The notes under the pieces were generated by a model, which worked only from the letters and a program-made list of their open reading frames with translations, ran no database searches and was not told the DNA's origin. 55,805 nucleotides of DNA, taken from Chiloscyllium plagiosum. Taxonomy: Eukaryota. The stretch covers positions 4,709,834 to 4,765,638 of the forward strand of contig NC_057752.1 in NCBI RefSeq assembly GCF_004010195.1, read 5' to 3'. Of the stretch, positions 12,100 to 24,600 are shown piece by piece; position 1 is the first letter of the stretch, and each line of letters opens with the position of its first letter. The position numbers and the translations under genes are program-made.

Positions 12100-13070
12100 A
12101 AAGACAAGTACAGCACACGAACAGGCCCTTCGGCCCTCCAGGCCTGTGCTGATCATCACGCCCTAACTAAACTAAGCAACAAACCGTCTGCCCTTATTCG
12201 GACCGTATCCCTCTATTCCCTCCATATTCATGTAACCATCCAATGTTGCCCATTTAAATGCTTCCATCATCTCTCCTGGTAATGCATTCCAGGCTCCTAT
12301 CACTCTCTGCATGGAAAACCTCCTTTGCACATATCCCTTCAACTTGCCCCCTCTCACCATGAACCTGTGCCCTCTTGTAATTCAAAACTCAACCTTGGGG
12401 GGAAAAGCCTATCCATGCCTCTCATCATTTTGTAGACCTCTATCAGGTCTCCTCTCAGCCGCTCTCTTTCCCAGTCTTTTGAACCTCCCCTCACAGCCAA
12501 AGCCCTCGAGACCAAGCAACATCCTGGTGAACCTCCTCTGCACTCCCTGTGCCAAAGCTTCCATGCCCTGCTGGTAGTGTGGCGACTGAAACTGCACACA
12601 AAACTCTGAATGCGGCCTAATGAGGGTCTTATATCACTGCTATGTGGTCTGGCGACATGGTGGCTCAGTGGTTAGTACTGCTACCTCATAGCGCCAGAGT
12701 CCCAGGTTCGATTCTAGCCTTGGGTGACTGTCTGTGTGGAGTTTGCATATTCTCCCCATGTCTGCGTGGGTTTCCTCCCGCAGGCCAGTTGGATTGGCCA
12801 TGCTAAATTGCCTATAGTGTTAGGTGCATTAGGCAGGGGGGAAATGGGTCTGGGTGGGTTACTCTTCAGAGGGTTGGTATGGACTTGTTGGGCTGAAGGG
12901 CCTGTTTCCACACTGTGGGGAACCTAATCTAATCTACTCCATTCCCCAGCCAATGAAGCGAGCATGCCATGTGCCTTGTGTTGCCACTTTTCGGGAACTA
13001 TGGACCTGTACATCAGTCTGTACGTTAACGTTCCAAAGGGTTCTGCTGTTTACAGTAGAATTCACCTCTC
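12100..13070 (-). mobile_element. CR1-type LINE 3' fragment interrupted by a plus-strand tRNA-SINE (about 12652-12935)
   Basis: Minus strand reads VQRRFTRMLLGLEG and [15 protein letters not shown]. The SINE has A-box TGGCTCAGTGG, B-box GTTCGATTC and an (AATCT)n tail. Confidence 0.75.
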
Positions 13071-13499
13071 CTTTGACCACACACTCCAGCTCTGGGCAAT
13101 AACTCTGTCATTTTGTCCTGCTCTCTGTCCAGACTCGCTAACGTTTAAAATCCCTTCCGATCTAAGATTAGAGTGATGCTGGAAAAGCACAGCAGGTTAG
13201 GCAGCATCTGAGGAGCAGGAAAATCGACGTTTCAGGCAAAATCCTTCCTATCCAGCACACTGGGGATCCACTCGTCACACAGTTTCCTCTCTCAAAACCT
13301 TCACCCTCTCCCCCCCCCCACCAAAATTCTCAGGAAAATGGCTCTGACTTCCTTCATGCCTGCCTTTGTATCTCCCTGCAACAGGCTGAGGGTAACCAGC
13401 ACTTACTGTGTCACCTCATTGGGTGAGGGCACTCTGTCTTCAGCTGCTCAGAGGGGACAGCTACAGGCCGCAGGCTGCAAGATCTACCAACAGAAAAGA

Positions 13500-13670
13500 A
13501 GCCAAAAGAGCTGCCGATACTATCAATCAGAAACGACAACTAAAGCTGATGGAAAAGCTCAGCAGATCTGGCAGCATGGGTGGACAGGAATCAGAGTTAA
13601 CGTTTCGGATCGTTAACTCGGATTTCTCTCCACAGGGGCTGCCAGACTTGCTGAGCTTTTCCAGCAAGAT
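13500..13670. mobile_element. Penelope-like terminal-repeat fragment in head-to-head inverted arrangement
   Basis: GGAAAAGCTCAGCAGATCTGGCAGC (about 13550) and its inverse GCTGCCAGACTTGCTGAGCTTTTCC (about 13637) flank GAGTTAACGTTTCGGATCGTTAACTC. Confidence 0.6.
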
Positions 13671-13774
13671 CTATTAAAGTTTTGGATCATCAGGCGGGTG
13701 CAGGGTATGGAATCTCTGCATGGGAAAACCTTCTCCCTTACTTACCCTCCTCCTGCTGCTCTTTTCCAGATAAA

Positions 13775-14165
13775 GCCGGATATTAGGAAGCTGGCGAGCG
13801 TTCAGAAGAGATTTATCAGGATGTTGCCGGGTATGGAAGGTTTGAGTTATAAAGAAAGGCTGGAGAGGTTGGGACATTTTTCACTGGAGCGTCGGAGGTT
13901 GAGAAGTGACCTTTATAGAAGTTTATAAAATAATGAGGGGTATAGATAGGGTTCATGGTAGCTGTCTCTTTCCGAGGGTGGGGGATTTCAAGACTAGGGG
14001 GCACATTGTTAAAGTGAGAAGAGAAAAATTTAAAAAAGACATAAGGTAAATTTTTCACACAGAGTGGAGTTTGTGCGTGGATTAAACTTCCTGAGGAAGT
14101 GGTGGATGTGGGGACAATCAAAAGACACTGAGATAAGTACATGAATAGGGAAGGTTTGGAGGGTC
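13775..14165 (+). mobile_element. CR1-type LINE 3' fragment
   Basis: Reads [35 protein letters not shown]. Confidence 0.85.
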
Positions 14166-14204
14166 ACACACTCTTGTCAGGATGTCACCAAAGTCAGGTT
14201 GGAA

Positions 14205-14520
14205 ATCCCGCAGTGCGGAAACAGGCCATTCGGCCCATTAAGTCCCTCACTGACCCTTCAGAGAGCATCCCACCTTCTCCATCCCTGTAACCCCGCATTG
14301 CCCATGGCTAACCCACCTAGCCTACATTTCCTTGGATACGATGGGCAATTTCTCATGGCCAATCCACCATAACCTACACACCTTTGGACCGTGGGAGGAA
14401 ACTCACGCAGTCACGGGGAGGACATGCAAACTCCACAGACAGTTACCAGAGTCTGGGATCAAACCTGGATCGCTGGCAACACGAGGCAGCAGTGCTACCC
14501 ACCGAGCTAGCATGCTGCCC
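14205..14520 (-). mobile_element. tRNA-derived SINE (HE1/V-SINE-like)
   Basis: Reverse complement of the SINE at 30095-30395. Confidence 0.75.
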
Positions 14521-15161
14521 ACAACAGACTGCTTGCCCTAACTGTCTCCTAACACTATCTTTCCTCTGAGGCTCATCCTGATTTTTTTTTCACCTTCAAA
14601 GCCCTTTTGTGATTCATGTGTCGAAGATGCACAACAGCAGCTCTGTAAACATGGTTGCAGCAAACTCATACTTGACTGAAATCCCTCTCAGTGCTGCTTC
14701 AGTGGCGAAACAACACTCTCCTTTATCTCCCCTAAAACAGCAGCGAGTTCCCCCAGGCAAACCTCGTAAGTGAGCTGTCCGACAAACCAAGTTCATCCTG
14801 AAGGCACCAGTGATGTTCAGGTGATCGTGATGCCTGGATCGCAGGTGGGCTCAGCTCAGGGCTAGTGAGGAAGAGGCCATTCAGCCCCTCGAGCCTGGAT
14901 CAGCAGGATCATGGCCATTCCAGTGGAGTTCCCGTTCTCGCCATCCCCCTGGCATTCCAAGTTTGATAAAGTTGACAGGATGATGGCAAAGCACGGGAGC
15001 TGAGATGGAGACCAGCTGTGATCTAATTGGAGGACGGAAACAGGCCCAGGCAGGGGCGGGTGGGAGCTGAATGGCCTCCTGCCCTCTGTCCATTCTGTGG
15101 AAGGTGCAAGCTGAGCAGCCCATCAGAGGCGAGGGGAGGAACACACTGTCACTGTCAAACG

Positions 15162-15396
15162 TGTCGGGATCAGAACGAGGCCAGTCCAGTGGCCCTCATA
15201 GAATCTGAGTTCCCTGATTGGGGCTGTTAATCTGGTTCAATCAGGGAGCCCTGGCTGACAGATAGAAACAGGAGGGTCAGAGATTCTGTTCACTCAGTGC
15301 TGGCTCTGAGGGAGCTGGATCAGTGTCAGGGACTCTGTGCGTGTAAATAAAGGGTGACTCGGTGACAGGAGACCAGCCCCTGGTGAGTTATATCCA
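15162..15396 (+). mobile_element. Solo LTR of a Gypsy-type retrotransposon
   Basis: TG...CA-bounded copy of 34123-34350, with internal inverted repeat CCCTGATTG/CAATCAGGG and AATAAA at about 15346. Confidence 0.7.
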
Positions 15397-15629
15397 ACCA
15401 GGGTTTGAATAAGGAAATGAGGCAGTGTTTGAATTGAAAGAGAGCGTATCAGGCGTTCGATTCGCTCGCTGCAATTGAGTGCGACTCCTGGGGTTAGAGG
15501 ACAAGGAACTGATTTGGAACTTTCGACCTCTGAACAGAAAGGGAGTGGGAAATGGAAAACTTCGGGCAAACGGAAAATCAGAACTCTCTTCCGCTTCCAA
15601 ATGCAAACCGTCTCCAGGCTGCCCCGGAT

Positions 15630-15677
15630 TCAATGCTCTTGCTCGTTCTGTCGCTCCTTCCTGGATTCATTTATCAC
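15630..15677 (-). CDS. prph: prph exon 9, coding part with stop; absent from the ORF track
   Basis: Long pyrimidine tract tttttttgttttgtctctgcag|GTG ATA AAT GAA TCC AGG AAG GAG...CAT TGA. Reads [15 protein letters not shown]. Confidence 0.9.
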   Translation of the reverse strand: MINESRKERQNEQEH

Positions 15678-18600
15678 CTGCAGAGACAAAACAAAAAAAG
15701 GAGAGAGGAGAGTTTTCTACATAGCGGGCAACGAGCGAAAGAGCTTTAAAAATGTGCAGTGGAGGTGCAGAATTCTTCATTTCTTTCACTGGGTGTTTCT
15801 GCATAACAGTGTGATTTAATTTAAACTGACATCCCCAGTGTTAAGACTCTGGAGTCAATAAATGTGAGGCTGGAAGAGCACAGCGGGTCAGACAGCATCT
15901 GAGGAGCAGGGAGGTCCTTACGAAGGGTTTTGAGCCAAAGCATTGATTTTCCTGCTCCTCGGATGCTCTTCCAGCTCCACACCTATTGACTCTGTCTTCC
16001 AGCATCTGCAGTCCTCACTGTCTTTAAGATTCTGGGTTTGGTTCGAGCTGGTTCTATTACATAGAACATTCCAGCACAGTACAGGCCCTTCGGCCCTCGA
16101 TGTTGCGCCGACCTGTGGAACCAATCTGAAGCCCAACCAACCCATACTATTCCATTCTCGTCCATATATTTATCCAGTGACCATTTAAATGCCCTTAAAG
16201 TTGGTACGTCTACTCCTTTTGCAGGCTGGGAGTTCCACGCCCCTACTACTCTGAGGACCTACCTCTGACATCTGTCCTCTATCTACCACCCCTCAATTTA
16301 AAGCTATGTCCCCTTGTACTAGCCATCGCAATCCGAGGAAAAAGGCTCTCACTATCCACCCGATCTAACCCTGATTATCTTACATGTCTCAATTAAGTCA
16401 CCTTTCATCCTTCTTCTCTCTAACGAAAACAGCCTCGAGTCCCTCAGCCTTTCCTCATCTTGTTGGGGAAAGGACCTGATTTACTGACGTCCCACAAAAC
16501 CAACTTCCCTTTTGAAGCAATCTTTTTTTAATCCCCCTCTCCAAAATACAGCTGCTCTCGAAATCAGTAAGATCCTCACCTCTCCGTCCTGTGTCTCAAT
16601 GGTTTTGATTAACACTGTCTTCCTGCTCGGAATCTCCGAACTGAGATCGTAATCTAAAGCATGACAGCCAACACACAAAAGAAAGAGAATTACCCAGCCA
16701 CCTCCGTCGCAAAATACAATGATCTCAAAACAGTTTAGAATGCTCGCCAATTTTTATAGGACTCACCTCTGAGGCTCAGGGAAGTAAAGGATTGAACTGG
16801 GACTGCAATCCTATTGAGGGAACAAGACACACAGTCACTGCAAATTCCAGAATATCTTTTTTTCACAAATCTAGCTTGAAAGGAATGTCACAAAGCAGTG
16901 GTGGGAATCTGGGAATATTTTGGACACTGGCGATGCTATTCGAATATGTCAGAACCAATGCTGCGAGCTGAATTCAGACAGGTCCGACCATTCAGTTTGT
17001 CAGTGGTTACAGACCCTTACTCCCTGTTCTCATCTCAAATCTGCAAATATCTGAGCTGAGGCTTGGCTTCACTGTTGAGGGGGTATGGCATCGCCAGGGG
17101 TGCCACCAGTGAGGTGGAGTGCCAGGTTCTTGGAATCTCATATCCCAATCAAACATTCCTCCTCCCCCTGGCTATCCGACGTGCTTATGGGATCTCACCT
17201 TCTGCAAGGGTTTGTTTACAACATGAACTGTGGTCAGAGAGTCACAGAACTGCACAGCACAGAAACGGACCCCTCGGTCCAACTCATCCATGCTGACCAG
17301 ATATCCTAACCTAATCTAGTCCCATTTGCCAGCACTTTGCCCATATCCCTCTAAATCCTTCCTATTCATGAACCCATCCAGATGCCTCCACCACTTCCTC
17401 TGGCAGCTCAGTCCGTACACGTACTACCCTCTGCATGAAAATGTTGCCCCTTAGGTCTCTTTTATATCTTTCCCCCCCTCACTCTTAAACCTATGTCCTC
17501 TAGTTTTGGACTGCCCACCCCAGTGAAGAGACTTTGCCTATTTACCCTCTCCATACTCCTCTTGATTTTATAAACCTCTGGGAGGTCACCCCTCAGACGC
17601 TCCAGGGAAACCAGCCCCAGCCTATTCAGCCTCTCCCTGTAGCTCAAACCCTCCAACCCTGGCAACATCCTTGTAAATCTTTTCTGAACCCTTTCAAAAG
17701 TTTCGCAACATCCTTCCTAGAGGAGGGAGACCAGAATTGCACGCAATATTCGGTTGCGGGGTGGGTAGTTTGTGAACTTTGGCAGAGGGAGGGGGGGAAC
17801 TGCTGCTGGGGTACAAGTTCTTCTGTTTCTATTATGTCTCCCTGGGTGAACCCATCACGTTTGGCTGTGCCACAGGAAAGCCTCTCAGCTTCAGAGCTGA
17901 AGCACGAATCCATGGTGAGGCAGAGAAACACAGAACAATCACAGGAAGGGTAGGCCCTTCGAGCCTCCTGCACCACTCCCCCCCCCACCCCCTCCCCCGC
18001 CCACCCTGATTCAATAGGATCATGGCTGATCATCCAACTCAGCCCCCTGCTCCGGATTTCTCCCCCATACCCTTTGATCCCTTTAGCCCGAAAAAACTAT
18101 TAAAATGGAGGCAGCACAGGGAGATATCCTTGGAAATGAGGGAAACCAGCTCCTGGTTTTGAATATCTTGTCACTCAGTACTGCAGCTCTAAAAAACAAA
18201 GGAGCTCTCACTCCAGTGTGTTTGCTTAAATAGACGTCAAAATGATGGGAATAAAACTGCTCTAAATACAAGCACACAGGATTTCTTTCGCCAGCCCCTT
18301 TGGTCTTATCCTCAGCAACGACACAAAAAAATCTTCAGTGGGCCTCCGGACGAAGCACTGCTGATAATCACCACAGGAAATGGCATAACCAACCGAAAGA
18401 AACCCAAACATATAAATAGAAAGCAGGAATTATCAGCAGTGCTTCATTCGGAGGCGCACTGAAGATGTTACCTAGTAGGATGATGAAACGTCTGGAAATG
18501 AACCTTCCAGCTCAGCGAGCAAACCTACATCCAGAACCTTAACCTGAGCTACAAATCTTCTCAAAACTTGCTACAAAAAAAAATCCCCATTTATGTGTGA

Positions 18601-21600
18601 ATTTACAGCTCAAGTATTAATGCCTTTTTGACAGGCTGCTTCCTCGTTCAATCAGACAGCAAGATGCTGTCGGTTGGCAGTGCCGTGTCAAAGGTCAAGG
18701 TCAGTCTTGCAAATGAGGAAAACCACGTCAAAACGACAAAGGCCTGACTAGTTTCGGTTAGCTTTTTCATTTATTCTGGTAAATGGAAGAAGATTGGTCT
18801 TGAAATGGTTTTCTAAGTGGAGATTATAGGCCAAAGCTGAGCGGCCTGGTCAGAACAGCTCAAAGGCAATGCTCCCAAACACGTGGCCACTCCCGACATC
18901 AGAAAAAGGAAGCAGCAATTATTTAAACAGTTTTACTATCAATGTCTTTTCTGATGAACAGACAAATTTTGAGTGCTTTTGGACAAGAGCTATTTTTACT
19001 GGGTTTGAGTCTCACTGACTGGGTCACCACTTATTGCCAGTCCCTGGTTGTCCCTTGAGAAGGTGACGGCGGGCTGCCTTCCTGAACCACGGCAGTCCAT
19101 TTGGTGTCGGGTTAGTCAGGATAAGGAGGGAGGCTGTTCCCGGATTTTGACCCAGCGACACTGAAGTAACAGTGCTATCGTTCTGAGGCAGGATGGTGAG
19201 CGACCTGGATGGTGATTGGAAGTGACATTCATAGAATCATCGAATCCCCACAGTGCAGCAAGGGGCCATTTGGCCCATCGAATCGGCACAGACTGTCGAA
19301 AGAGCATCCTACCCAGACCCAAATCCCTACCCCCATCCCCATAGCCCTCCATTTCCGAGGCCAATCCAACTAGCCTGCACATCCCTGGACACTATGGGCA
19401 ATTTAGCACGGACGATCCACCTCACCTGCACATCTTTGGACTGTGGGAGGAAACCGGAGGATCCGGAGGAAACCCACGCAGACACGGGGGAAGAACATGC
19501 AAACTCCACACAGACAGTCGCCCGAGGCTGGAATCGAACCCGGGTCCCTGGCACTGTGAGGCAGCAGTGCTAACCACATTGTATCAGAAGTCACACGACA
19601 CCAGGTTACAGTCAAAACGTGTGGTGCTGGAAAAACACAGCCAGTCAGACAGCATCCAAGGGACAGGAGAATCGATGTTTCAAACATAAGCTCTTCATCA
19701 GGAAAATAGGACAAGTCATGAGAACGGTGCTGAGTTGGAGGGTTGGATCTGGGATGAGATGGGGGGGGGGAAGGGGAGATGAGGAAACTGGTGAAATCCA
19801 TGTTGCTCCGGTGTGGTTGGAGTAAACCTGTTGGACTGTAACCTGGTGTCGTGTGACTTCTGTCCTTGTCCACCCCAGTCCAACACCGTCACTGCCATAT
19901 CATGGCCACCATATTGTGGGCAGCTTTAAACCAGATCCACGTTAGAAGCTTAATATTCGTTCCCAAACAGAAACCGTCCACCTCTCAACACCAAAAGGAG
20001 ATAGGATTTCCCTCCCCACAGTAAGTCAGCCATCGGTACACATCACCCTGGCACCCTGGCAGAGAATGGCCTCCGAGGTGGGATGCTGAAGTGGCCTTCC
20101 CCATAGCAACAGGAGCCTGAAGCCTCTGATGCCTTTGGCTCGATGGGGCCAATCCCCGTCCAGCTCACCTGCTCTCTTCCCCTTCCAGAAGTTTCCTGTA
20201 GGTGGCGATTTCGATATCCAGCGCCATCTTGACATTGAGCAGGTCCTGGTACTCTCTCAGGTGTCTCGCCATCTCATCCTTCATGTGATGAACCTCTTGC
20301 TCCAGCCGGGCAATGGTATCCTGGTAACCAGACGCTTCAACGGAGAACTGCTCCTCCAATTCCCGGAGCTGCCTCAGCAGGGAGTCGTTCTGTCGGCAAA
20401 TACTCAATAAATGTGACAGAGAGCCGAGACCCACCCGTATACAGACAGCACTCTCTGAGGGATACACCACCTAACCCTGAGGGAGCGAACAGACTGAGAA
20501 GCATGACAAACCCCTCATGAACTGGATATTTTTACTTCTAACTGAGCTGATCGATGCTATCTCAAACAGAAACAACTAACACGGTCAGAAAAAAAAGTTA
20601 GCATCAAACTACGTTTCTAAATATGCCTCTCAATTTAAACAACCAGCGAACGGCATCACTTTTCGTCCCCCTGATGTTTTGAAAAAAATTGAGAGAAAGA
20701 TGCATAATCCGCAGCAACAGTTTACATTTATGTAGCCCCTTTAATACAGCAGAATGCACCCCACCCACCCCCCTCCCCAAGGTGCTTCATGAAAACACAG
20801 TCGACCTCACGTTGACATCGAACCACAGAAGGGGATATTTCGATAAGTGACAAAACGTTTGGCCAAGGAGGTAGGTTTCAAGAATATAATTGAAACACAG
20901 AAATTAGGAGCAAGCGTAGGCCATTCAGTCCCTAGAATCCCTACAGTGCGGTAGCAGGCCATTCAGCCCATTGAGTCCACACCAACCCTCCGAAGAGCAT
21001 CCCACCCAATCCTTGTAACCCCACATTTCCCCATGCCTAACCCTCCCAACCTGCACATCCCTGGACACTATGGGACAATTTAGCATGGCCAATCCACCCT
21101 AACCTGCACATCCCTGGGCACTACGGGACAATTTAGCACGGTCAATCCACCCCAACGTACAAATCCCTGAGCACTATGGGTAATTTAGCATGGCAAATCC
21201 ACCCCAACCTGCACATCCCTGGGCACTACGGACAATTTAGCATGGCCAATCCACCCTAACATACACGTCCCTGGGCACTACGGGACAATTTAGCACGGCC
21301 AATCCACCCCAACGTACAAATCCCTGGGCACTATGGGTAATTTAGCATGGCCAATCCACTCCAACCTACACGTCCTTGGGCACTATGGGACAATTTAGCA
21401 TGGCCAATCCACCCTAACCTGCACATCCCTGGGCACTGTGGGATGAAACCGGAGCACCTGGAGGAAGCCCACGCAGACAAAGGAAGAATGTACAAACTCC
21501 ACACAGACAGTCACTCAAGGCTGGAGTCGAACCCGGGATCCCTGGCACAGTGAGGCATCAATGTTAACCACTGAGCCTGGTCTGTCGTTCAACAAGATCA

Positions 21601-24600
21601 TGGCTGGTCATCCAACTCAGTCCCATATTCTCCCTTTCTCCCCATACCCTTTATTCCCTTTAGCTCTAAGAACTATATTTAACTCCTTCTCAAAAACATG
21701 CAATGTTTTGGCTTCGACTACTTTCTGTGACAGAGAATTCCACAGGCTCCCCACTCTCTGGGTGAAGACATTTCTCCTCATCTCAGTCCAGAATGGCCTA
21801 CCCCATATCCTTACAATGTGACAGGAGAATCGACGTTTCGGGCATAAGCCCTTCTTCAGGAAATGTCGATTCTCCTGTTCCCTGGATGCTGCCTGACCTG
21901 CTGCGCTTTTCCAGCAACACATTTCCAGCTCTGATCTCCAGCATCTGCAGACCTCACTTTCTCCCCTTACAATGTGACCCCTTGTTCTGGATTCTGGTCA
22001 TCGGGAATATCCTTCCTGTCTAGTCCTGTTCAAATTTTACAGGTTTCTATGAGATACCCCCCCCCCTTCATTCTTCTAAACTCAAGTGAATATAATCCTA
22101 ACCGATTCAGTGTTTCTTCATACGTCAGCCCTGCCATCCCAGGAATCAATCTGGTAAACTTTTTTTTTTTTTTTTTTACAGGCGTGGTCTCAGCAAGGCC
22201 CTGCACAATTGCAGCAAGACCCCCAACTCCTGTACATGAATCTGTTCGCTATGAAGGCCAACATACACTTGCCTTCTTCACCACCTGTTGTACTTACAAG
22301 TTTACCTTCAGCGACTGGTGTACAAGGATATTCAGGTCTTGATGCACCTCCCACTTTCCCAATCTATCACTATTTGGATAATAATCTGCCTTCCTGATTT
22401 TGCAACCAAAGTGGATAACCTCATATTTATCCACATTATATTTCATCTACGTTGCATTTACCCACTCAACTTGTCCAAGTCACACTGAAGCATCTCTGCA
22501 TCCTCCTCACAGCTCACCCTCCCACTCAACTTTGTGTCATCTGCAAACTTGCAGACACTCCATTTAGTTCCCTCATCTAAATCATTAATATATTTTGTGA
22601 ATAGCTGGGGACCAAGTACTTACTACTCACTGCCTGCAACTTGGAAAAAGACACATTTATTTCTATTCGTTTTGCTGTCTGCTGCTAGTTGTCTATCCAT
22701 GTCAGTACACTACTCCCACTCCCATGTGCTTATATATTTTATACGCTAATCTCTGATATGGGACATCATTGAAAGTGTTCTGAAATTCCAAGTAAACCAC
22801 ATCCACTGACTCCCCCTGATCAACTCCACTAGACACATCTTTGAAAAATTCCAGAAGATGTGTCAAGCATAATTTCCCTTTTGTAAATCCATGCTGACTG
22901 TCTAATCCTGTCACTGTTTTCCAAGTGCTGTACTATTAAATCTTTTACAATGAACTCCAGCATTTTCCTCACCACCAATATCAGAGCAACAATCTATAAT
23001 TCTGTTTTCTCTCCACCTCCTTTTTGAAATAGTGAGTTTTCATGAACTACCCTCCAATCATACAAACTAATTCAGAGTCTATAGAATCTAGAGGTGACCA
23101 CCAATACATTCACTATTTCTAGAGTCTTTCAGTACTTTGGGATGTAGACTATCGAATCTTGTGAATTCATCGGCCTTTAATCCCATTGATTTCCTCAACA
23201 CCATTTCTCAACTAATACTGATTTCCTTCACTTCCTCTCTCACTAGACCCTGTGTCCCCCAACACTTTTTAGGATGTTATTTGTGTCTTCCTTTGTGAAG
23301 ACAGAGCCAAATTATGTATTTGATTGGTCTGTTATCTCTTTGTTCTCCACTATAAACCTTCCCCTGTTTCTGACTGTAAGGGACCTATATTTGCCTTCAC
23401 AAGTCTTTTCCTTTCCACATGCCCATCTTAAGGGAGGAAAGAGAGCCAGAGGTTTAAGGAGGGAATTTCAAACACACAGAGGAATGCAGCAGGCCTGGAC
23501 ATACATGTGGAGAGAAAAAGAGAGTTAACCTTTTGAGGGTGGTGTGGCTCTTCCCCAGAACTGAAGACGTTCTGACATTTTTGACCCAAACTGTACAGCC
23601 AGCGTGGGAGTGTTGAACACTGCTCTTCCCCGGCTGTCATTACTGATTGGTCAGTGCTTTCAAAAACCGGACTTTCTTTCGCACTTACGGTTCCTCTCAG
23701 GGCATCCAGGTCACAGGTCAGGGTCTGGATTTGACGCCGCGACTCATTCAGGTCCTGCTTTGTCTGTCTCAGGGTTTCATTGTGTCGGTTGGCGGCTTCG
23801 GTCAGGTCAGTGAACTGCCGAACGGAACAAGGACAGAGGTAGGTTACAGTACATAGAATCCCTACAGTGTGGAAACAGGCCCTTCGGCCCACAACGACCC
23901 TCTGAAAAGCATCCCACCCAAACCCATTACTCTACATTTCCCCCTGACTAACGCAGCTAACCTACACATCCCTGGACACAATGGGGTAATTTAGCATGGT
24001 CAATTCACCCTGAGCTGCACATCTTTGGACTGTGGGAGGAAACTGGAGCAAACCCACACAGACACGGAGAGAATGTGCAAACTCCACACAGACAGACACC
24101 CGAGACTGGAATCGAACCCGGGTCGCTGGTGCTGTGAGGCAGCAGTGCTAACCACTGAGCCACCATGCAGAAGACAGTGGGGATAGCGCAGTGTAAACAC
24201 ACTGAGAGGAAGGAGCTAACCACTGCCCCCTGCCTTTCCCTCCCTTCCACCATCCAGCCTGGAAACTCTGCCCCATGGAGAGACGGCTGGGTTTGGCTCT
24301 GTTCAAATCGAGAGAGGGAGACCAAGGTGGGGGAACCTGGAACCCAACATGAATGCCCATTAGCCGAAGTGGGGAAAAGGGAAAATCTAGTGGAAACTAA
24401 AGACCGAGACTCGGGTGACACTTGGGGGCTGGTATCAGATGGAAACGATGACTGATGCAGCTCACTGGATTGCTGTAAATAGCTCAAAGAAAGCTCCAGG
24501 CAACGTCAGTCCCACTCTACATTGGCCACTCTTAAAGGTATCGGGCTAACGGAGGACGGGCAAGCAATGTTAACCATGCCAGTGTCACCCACATCTCAAA

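Larger units (their letters stand above)
21590..23420 (-). mobile_element. Older CR1-type LINE fragment with degenerate RT
   Basis: Minus [25 protein letters not shown]...[16 protein letters not shown], and KFADDT at about 22535-22552. Confidence 0.85.

Noticed and set aside
13407..13483. Minus-strand exon with good AG and GTAAGT sites
   Set aside because: Stops in all three frames, and the acceptor tract derives from an adjacent repeat tail. No support for a coding role.
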